Of a stretch of DNA of 8,853 nt, positions 4,401-7,904 are shown in pieces (position 1 is the stretch's first letter; every line of letters starts with the position of its first letter). The stretch is from an uncultured Polyangiaceae bacterium (GTDB taxonomy: Bacteria > Myxococcota_A > Polyangia > Polyangiales > Polyangiaceae). The translations under genes and the position numbers were made by a program. The DNA is taken from the NCBI GenBank assembly GCA_964610275.1, contig CAZSVU010000190.1:1-8853 (forward strand), read 5' to 3'. The notes beneath the pieces are model-generated. The model searched no databases. It was not told the origin of the DNA and saw only the letters and a list, made by a program, of their open reading frames with translations.

Positions 4401-6351
4401 CGAGGTCGCACCCCAGCTCGGTGACCTGGACGCCGAGGACACGAAGCTCAGGTGGCGGTTGGCCTCGGGTCGACTCGCGCTCGCCCGAGCCGATGCGGGC
4501 GCGGCGGCAGCGGCCGGCGAAGCAGCTTCGCGAGAGGCCAGCCGGCTGTCGTTGCAGGACGTCGAAGGTGATGCCGAGCTATTTCTCTCCGAGGTCTGGC
4601 GCGGCCAAGACTCTCCATCCCTGGCGCAGAAGCACTTGGTCCGTGCCCGGGAGGTCTGGGAACGAGCTGCCGTCACTCTGGAGCCTCAGCTGCGGGATGC
4701 CTTCTGGCGGCACCCACGGCGGCGTGACGCTCGCAGCCCGAGCGCCGAAGCGCGCGAGCCGGCCGGGTCCAACCGTCAGCGCAAGCTCGAGCTGCTGCTG
4801 GACATCAACCAGCGCCTGAACTCCTCACTGCGCACTTCCGAGATCCTGCAGCACACCATGGACGCCGCCATCCAACTCACCGGAGCCGAACGCGGTTTCG
4901 TCCTGCTACTGGAGTCGGCGGCATCGCCCCGAACGTTCCGGGTGGCAGTAGCTCGGAATCTCGACTGTGAGCAGTTGGAGCGCTCGCACTTGAAGTTCAG
5001 TCGCGCCATCGCCGAGCAGGTGGTGCAGTCGGCCACGCCCGTGGTGACGGCGAACGCTCAGACGGACGCTCGCTTCAGTCAGCACGACTCGGTGCATGCC
5101 ATGCACCTGCAGTCCGTCGTCTGCGTGCCGGTGGTTTCGCCAGCGGGCACACTCGGGGCCCTCTATCTCGACAATCGGTTTCAGGCGAATCGCTTCCGGC
5201 AGGCGGACGTCGAGATCTTGCTGGCGTTCTCGACTCAGGTCGCCATCGCGCTCAACAATGCGCGCCTGCACGACGAGCTCAAGAAGCGAAACCGGCAGCT
5301 GTCGCGCGAGCGTCAGCGAGTCGAAGAGTTGCTGCAGGGCCAGGCGGCGGAAATCGAGCGTTTGAGCGACGAGGTGCGCCGTGCCCGGACCACGCCCGAG
5401 CAACGCTACGACTACCAGGGCATCGTCGGAGCGAGCGACTCGATACGGCAGGTCTTCTCGCTACTGGACCGCGTCATCGAGACCGACCTGTCCATCCTCA
5501 TTCAGGGCGAGAGCGGTACCGGGAAGGAGTTGTTCGCGCGGGCCATCCACCTGAACAACTCCCAGCGGAAAGGCCCCCTGGTTTCGGTCAACTGCGCGGC
5601 GTTGCCACAGACCCTGCTCGAGAGCGAGCTGTTCGGATACGAGCGCGGTGCGTTCACCGGGGCGGACCGAAGCCGGGAGGGTCTATTGGTCAAGGCGCGC
5701 GGCGGAACGCTCTTCTTGGACGAGGTGGCCGATATGCCTCTACCCATGCAGGTGAAGCTCTTGCGCGCCCTGCAGGAGCGCGAGGTCCGTCCGCTCGGCT
5801 CCAGCCGAGTGGTGCCCATCGACATTCGTCTGGTGTGCGCCACCAACCGGCATCTCCAGAGTGAGGTCAAGCTTGGGGCCTTCCGCGCAGACCTGTACTA
5901 CCGAATCGCCGGTGTGGAGGCGACCCTGCCTCCGCTGCGTGACCGCCCGGAAGACATCCCGCTGCTGGTGCACCACCTGCTCGCTGCTGCCGCGCGACGC
6001 ATGGAGCGTCCCGTGCCTGAGCTCAGCCCACCGGCGTTGCGCAAGCTCACCGGGTTCGAGTGGCCGGGCAACGTCCGGCAGCTGGAGAACGTGGTGACCA
6101 AGGCGCTCGTCATGGCCGAGGGCAACCGCATCGCCGCGCGCGACATCGAGCTCCCCGGCGACGACGCCAGCGTGGCATCTGGCGCGAACCGAGACGCCTT
6201 CCTCCAGCACGAAGCCGAACGGATCGCCGCCGCTCTCGCCGAGAACCGGTGGAACGTGTCCAGGGTCGGCAGACTACTCGGGATCCCTCGGCCCACGCTC
6301 TATCGAAAGCTCAAGCGCTACGGGCTGATGCGCGCCAAGAGCAATCGCTGA
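1492..6351 (+). CDS. 1619-aa multidomain regulator: Ser/Thr protein kinase, STAND-type P-loop NTPase, TPR-like repeats, GAF, sigma-54 interaction AAA+ domain and Fis-type HTH (a sigma-54-dependent enhancer-binding protein fused to a kinase/STAND sensor)
   Basis: It is a single uninterrupted ORF with strong G/C bias at third codon positions. ATG 1492 is the first start after the in-frame stop at 1456..1458. The diagnostic motifs are listed in the domain sub-features below. Confidence 0.95.
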   Translation: MLPDSGRQSNGITAGSIIQHRYEVVRALGHGGLATTFLVRDLLVGTSVALKLLAESAPEALEALRFEFAVLRELYHPHLCQVHDFALVRPRAGDERQLAFYTAEYVPGQTLAELAPAATWPGLRQPLVDALSALRLLHRAGLRHGDFKPANVLVRSNERGVLIDLSCAQRTDAAPSGRVSGTPDYLAPELLKAGSADARADLYAVGRTLLELSESVKRGLPPAVMSLAQRLLRDDVEARPADVDEVLEALGISPTEHVAVPVGIGRLVGRDEQLQTARGALGALAEGTAGPRCLYVCGTEGVGKSRVLREIKWTAQQQFRVVEANSANPGAIDALLQHALGDGRSHGWAAVGALRRALAASTWTSCVLFIDDVHLLRVRQRQLLLAVVRSLEPTDALLLVITGPADHDPGGPATCRLDLRPLTPEQMDDWLGSTLPESVRTALRKHSGGFPGALRSLITQLATGAISEVDIKRGQRGIALSGHQRARVRGLDPEAQRALGALAVVGRASGAAALAQLGVDEAALTQLASSAIVEQNERGFRLWRWGESEDVLAALDPALVADLHRRMAAWLATRPPEVAPLSDSEQLARRVLHLALGRGEQEARQLLLDSNALWEDVPGAWAEAARAVSSVSADLEVGIAAAALEREAGGARAARDRLVATQGRAIPIALRAAFHLELGLCHLRLGDASAGESELSRAADVAQTPELAARAQAALAGSLNKRGRYREALELVDRALAAELPPVLRAALQQAGAVADCFLGNLDLALGRVQEAARLLGSVTHPRRLVRALGTQALVEQQMGNLQAATTHYGAALDLAEQHGLSDQIATAALNLGTALHQQGDWSEALVAYERGLLTAAAVGQATTESLLRFNLSKLYADLGQFDRAELAADRCQALARQGDLNLVAAEAEAVRGEVQMLRGDLRGARRCFEHALLQFDQHESRRERTEVALQLSEVLLACQEVDAAERLLAEVAPQLGDLDAEDTKLRWRLASGRLALARADAGAAAAAGEAASREASRLSLQDVEGDAELFLSEVWRGQDSPSLAQKHLVRAREVWERAAVTLEPQLRDAFWRHPRRRDARSPSAEAREPAGSNRQRKLELLLDINQRLNSSLRTSEILQHTMDAAIQLTGAERGFVLLLESAASPRTFRVAVARNLDCEQLERSHLKFSRAIAEQVVQSATPVVTANAQTDARFSQHDSVHAMHLQSVVCVPVVSPAGTLGALYLDNRFQANRFRQADVEILLAFSTQVAIALNNARLHDELKKRNRQLSRERQRVEELLQGQAAEIERLSDEVRRARTTPEQRYDYQGIVGASDSIRQVFSLLDRVIETDLSILIQGESGTGKELFARAIHLNNSQRKGPLVSVNCAALPQTLLESELFGYERGAFTGADRSREGLLVKARGGTLFLDEVADMPLPMQVKLLRALQEREVRPLGSSRVVPIDIRLVCATNRHLQSEVKLGAFRADLYYRIAGVEATLPPLRDRPEDIPLLVHHLLAAAARRMERPVPELSPPALRKLTGFEWPGNVRQLENVVTKALVMAEGNRIAARDIELPGDDASVASGANRDAFLQHEAERIAAALAENRWNVSRVGRLLGIPRPTLYRKLKRYGLMRAKSNR
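1555..2241 (+). other. Domain: Hanks-type Ser/Thr protein kinase catalytic domain (aa ~22-250)
   Basis: Motifs present: Gly-loop LGHGGLATTF; VALK (Lys51); alphaC Glu in RFEFAVLRELYHPHL; catalytic loop RHGDFKPANVL (Asp146, Asn151); DLS in place of DFG (Asp164); GTPDYLAPE. Confidence 0.9.
2287..2871 (+). other. Domain: STAND/AAA_16-like P-loop NTPase (aa ~266-460)
   Basis: The preamble LVGRDEQL is followed by Walker A GTEGVGKS (aa 298-305, nt 2383..2406) and Walker B VLFIDDVH (aa 367-374, nt 2590..2613). This layout is typical of PknK/MalT/AfsR-type signalling NTPases that follow a kinase domain. Confidence 0.75.
3508..4690 (+). other. Region: TPR-like / alpha-helical repeat scaffold
   Basis: Recurrent ~34-40 aa Leu/Ala-rich helical units are present. 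Examples: LGLCHLRLGDASAGESELSRAADVA, LAGSLNKRGRYREALELVDRALA, LNLGTALHQQGDWSEALVAYERGL, LSKLYADLGQFDRAELAADRCQALA and VRGEVQMLRGDLRGARRCFEHAL. The boundaries are approximate. Confidence 0.65.
4786..5280 (+). other. Domain: GAF (aa ~1099-1263)
   Basis: LELLLDINQRLNSSLRTSEILQHTMDAAIQLTGAERGFVLLLE...SVVCVPVVSPAGTLGALYLDN...ILLAFSTQVAIALNNARLHDEL. This is a typical GAF pattern as found N-terminal to NifA/FhlA-type activators. A short coiled-coil linker follows (KKRNRQLSRERQRVEELLQGQAAEIERLSDEV). Confidence 0.85.
5407..6100 (+). other. Domain: sigma-54 interaction AAA+ ATPase core
   Basis: Motifs present: Walker A GESGTGKE (5506..5529); ESELFGYERGAFTGA with an intact GAFTGA loop (5647..5664); Walker B GGTLFLDEV; sensor I LVCATN; FRADLYYRI; WPGNVRQLENV. 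Confidence 0.95.
6244..6330 (+). other. Domain: Fis-type helix-turn-helix DNA-binding domain
   Basis: NRWNVSRVGRLLGIPRPTLYRKLKRYGL is the canonical C-terminal HTH_8 of NtrC-family activators. Confidence 0.9.
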
Positions 6352-6402
6352 TCTGCCACCTACCGCCCGTGGGACGCCCGGCGATGCGCCGCCGCGCGGA
6401 GT

Positions 6403-7314
6403 TCAGTACGGAATGGCGTATCGGGCCACGTTGCAGTTGAGATCGAGCAGACAGTCAGCGTCCTCACAATCGACAGTCCCGTCGAAGTCGTTGTCGACGC
6501 CGTCCGTGCAGTTCTCCATGGGAACGGCGTAGTCGGCTTGCCCCACGCAGAGTATGTCCGCACTGCAGTCGGTGTCGTCGCAGTCGATGGCGTTGTCGCC
6601 GTCGTCGTCGATCCCGTTGCCGCAGTTGGTCTCGATGGGGATCCCATACCGCTCACCCGCGCAGGCTGCGGCTGACGTGCAATCCGCATCGGCGCAGTCA
6701 ACCGCGCCGTCGAAGTCGTCGTCGACGCCGTTGGTGCAGTCCTCCAGCGGAACGCCATATTCCGGCTGCCCCACGCACACTGGATCCGACGCGCAGTCGG
6801 TGTCGTCGCAGTCGACGGCATTGTCGCCGTCGTCGTCCGTGCCGTTGCTGCAGTCGGTCTCCATGGGCACGCCGTAGACAGGCTGCCCGACGCAGACGGG
6901 ATCCTGGGCACAGTCTTGGTCGCTGCAGTCGATGGCGTCGTCGCCGTCGTCGTCGATGCCGTTGCTGCAGTCACTCTCCAGCGGAATGGCGTAGCGTTCG
7001 CCGGCGGAACATGCAGGCGTACCCGCGCAAGTGTCGTCGGCGCAATCGACCGCTCCGTCCTGATCGTTGTCCACCTGGTCGCTGCACTGCTCGGCGCAGT
7101 CTGGCCCGCTGCAGGTCCCCTCACCGACCGAGTCGGTACCTCCACTGCTCTCTCCGCCGCAGGCCGCGAGCACCAGCGTGGTGCCCAGCGCTGCCGGCGC
7201 AGCCAGGCGCCGGCGCAGCCACCGCCGCCAGGGCAGCGGCGCAGTGCCGGTCGGCGTGCTGCACACGAGCTCGAGAAAAGCTTGAAGATCCCTAGCGTGC
7301 TGGTGGGTGGACAT
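6403..7314 (-). CDS. Secreted lipoprotein with six tandem ~38-aa Cys/Asp-rich repeats carrying DxDxDG-type (thrombospondin type-3 / EF-hand-like) putative Ca2+-binding loops
   Basis: This is track ORF 6403..7314 (303 aa). A strong AGGAGG Shine-Dalgarno lies at 7326..7321, 6 nt before the ATG at 7314. The signal region is ...RRWLRRRLAAPAALGTTLVLAACGG, with lipobox LAAC (Cys52). The repeat unit is C-x-[ND]-G-x-D-[DN]-D-x-D-[GDN]-A-[VI]-D-C-x-D-x-D-C-x(5,6)-C-...-Y-[AG]-[VI]-P. Third codon positions are G/C-rich. Confidence 0.9.
   Translation of the reverse strand: MSTHQHARDLQAFLELVCSTPTGTAPLPWRRWLRRRLAAPAALGTTLVLAACGGESSGGTDSVGEGTCSGPDCAEQCSDQVDNDQDGAVDCADDTCAGTPACSAGERYAIPLESDCSNGIDDDGDDAIDCSDQDCAQDPVCVGQPVYGVPMETDCSNGTDDDGDNAVDCDDTDCASDPVCVGQPEYGVPLEDCTNGVDDDFDGAVDCADADCTSAAACAGERYGIPIETNCGNGIDDDGDNAIDCDDTDCSADILCVGQADYAVPMENCTDGVDNDFDGTVDCEDADCLLDLNCNVARYAIPY
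6406..7086 (-). repeat. Six in-frame coding repeats (~114-117 bp each), alternating between two subtypes
   Basis: The repeats start at Cys77, 116, 155, 193, 231 and 269. The subtype DDDGD[DN]A[IV]DC[SD]D[QT]DC...CVGQ alternates with the subtype D[DN]D[FQ]DG[AT]VDC[AE]D[AD][DT]C. At DNA level, ~230-bp double units (for example 6563..6650 against 6793..6880) are clearly similar. Confidence 0.85.
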
Positions 7315-7372
7315 TTCGAGCCTCCTGCGATTCCGCTCTCACGGTGCGGACCGCATTACGGAGAGGGTAGAA

Positions 7373-7388
7373 TGCAATCTGCATGCCA
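7373..7388 (-). promoter_or_regulatory. Sigma-54 (-24/-12) promoter P1, proximal, for the Cys/Asp-repeat lipoprotein gene
   Basis: The minus strand reads TGGCATG-CAGA-TTGCA. It matches the consensus TGGCACG-N4-TTGCW at every specified position except C to T at position 6, and it fits TGGCAY-N5-TTGCW perfectly. The predicted +1 is near 7362, giving a 48-nt leader containing AGGAGG before the ATG at 7314. Confidence 0.75.
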
Positions 7389-7502
7389 GGTAGCGTGCCG
7401 GCGAGCACACCTGCCACCCTGTCGGGCACTTGGAAAGCCAAGCTAAGCGCTTGACGGCCTCTTCTCGACAGATGCACCCGCCGGCATTTCGGGAGGTTCT
7501 GT

Positions 7503-7523
7503 CGGTGAGCGAGAAGCTCACCG
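7503..7523. promoter_or_regulatory. Perfect 8-bp inverted repeat CGGTGAGC-GAGAA-GCTCACCG, a candidate activator-binding site for P1 or a leader hairpin of the P2 transcript
   Basis: The repeat was read directly from the sequence. It is centred about 150 bp upstream of the predicted P1 start, which is the typical distance for enhancer-binding protein sites. Confidence 0.3.
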
Positions 7524-7559
7524 GCTGGGGATGTGTGTGAAGAAGCCTGGAAACGAGAC

Positions 7560-7575
7560 AGCAAGTACGGTGCCA
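7560..7575 (-). promoter_or_regulatory. Sigma-54 (-24/-12) promoter P2, distal, same orientation as P1
   Basis: The minus strand reads TGGCAC-CGTAC-TTGCT, a perfect match to the TGGCAC-N5-TTGCW core. The predicted +1 is near 7549, about 235 nt upstream of the ATG at 7314. Confidence 0.6.
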
Positions 7576-7576
7576 G

Positions 7577-7649
7577 CGGGGTCGCACTGGGCCGGGCTCG
7601 ATTCAAAGCCCGCAACTCCCCGCGCAAGCGCGGATTTGTTGCGACCCTG
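7577..7649. other. ~73-nt nested inverted-repeat element (three-way junction if transcribed) abutting the -24 box of P2
   Basis: The outer stem pairs 7577..7586 with 7640..7649 (core GGGTCGCA/TGCGACCC). Inner hairpin A is CGGGCT-cgattcaa-AGCCCG (7593..7612). Inner hairpin B is CCGCG-caag-CGCGG (7620..7633), followed on the plus strand by ATTTGTT. Confidence 0.3.
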
Positions 7650-7904
7650 AACAGAGGAGCACCACCTGCCGGCGCAGCAAACAGCTCGAATCTAGTTGAT
7701 ACGATTTGAGACAGGTCGGCTGTGCCAAATGAGCGGTGGATTTGCTCCTTGGGCTGGCCGACGCCGTGAATTGCAGTCCTGACGTCTTCCCGCTCAGAAG
7801 ATGCGCAATCGATGCCGAGAACAATCCGCAGCGACTGCCTGCATGCACGGCGCACGGGTGACAGTACCGGGGTAAACGCTCCTCAAGGTGGAGGCACTGG
7901 GACT

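Noticed and set aside
1465-6296. About 30 track ORFs on other frames or the opposite strand inside 1492..6351. Examples: 1465..1923 -, 1728..2675 +, 2572..3270 -, 3287..3790 +, 4142..4819 +, 4906..5403 -, 5740..6210 -, 5898..6296 -.
   Set aside because: They are Arg/Ala/Pro/Ser-rich low-complexity translations with no recognisable motifs. They overlap entirely with a frame that contains a continuous chain of strong domain signatures. Long spurious ORFs of this kind are expected in ~70% GC DNA.
6352-6402. A search for a bidirectional intrinsic terminator in the 51-bp gap between the convergent stop codons.
   Set aside because: Only short GC palindromes such as ccgcgcgg are present. There is no stem of 7 bp or more followed by a T- or A-tract, so no terminator can be supported from the sequence.
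7425-7440. TGGCTT-TCCAA-GTGCC on the minus strand, between P1 and P2.
   Set aside because: Only TGGC and the GC dinucleotide fit, and both hexamers deviate from consensus. It is much weaker than the two flanking perfect-core matches.
6360-7446. ORFs 6360..7145 -, 6554..6877 + and 6916..7446 +, which overlap the Cys/Asp-repeat gene.
   Set aside because: These are off-frame or antisense shadows of the repeat array. Their translations are Thr/Ala/Ser/Pro low-complexity sequence without signal or structure, whereas the 6403..7314 frame has a Shine-Dalgarno, a lipobox and an ordered Cys pattern.
7577-7649. The nested-hairpin element considered as a tRNA or tmRNA-like gene.
   Set aside because: It has only two internal arms instead of three. 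There is no TTCRA T-loop (the loops are cgattcaa and caag), no anticodon-arm geometry and no CCA context on either strand. I retain it only as an unexplained structured element.
7531-7650. A 39-codon plus-strand small ORF (MCVKKPGNETASTVPAGSHWAGLDSKPATPRASADLLRP).
   Set aside because: It has no convincing ribosome-binding site and no hydrophobic or other recognisable pattern. It overlaps the P2 promoter and the nested repeat, and its codon endings are not G/C-biased.
7691-7703. An IHF-like site (TATCAACTAGATT on the minus strand) in the AT-richer stretch upstream of P2.
   Set aside because: It has two mismatches to WATCAANNNNTTR at the TTR end. This is too weak to call without a matrix score or conservation.
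7292-7855. The 187-aa ORF on the minus strand spanning the large intergenic region, together with 7339..7587 - and 7603..7848 -.
   Set aside because: Many of its codons end in A/T (GCA, ATT, GTT, TCT, CAA, TTT and others), unlike the strongly G/C-ending real genes here. It has no Shine-Dalgarno and no motifs. It overlaps the start of the 6403..7314 gene and runs through both sigma-54 promoters.
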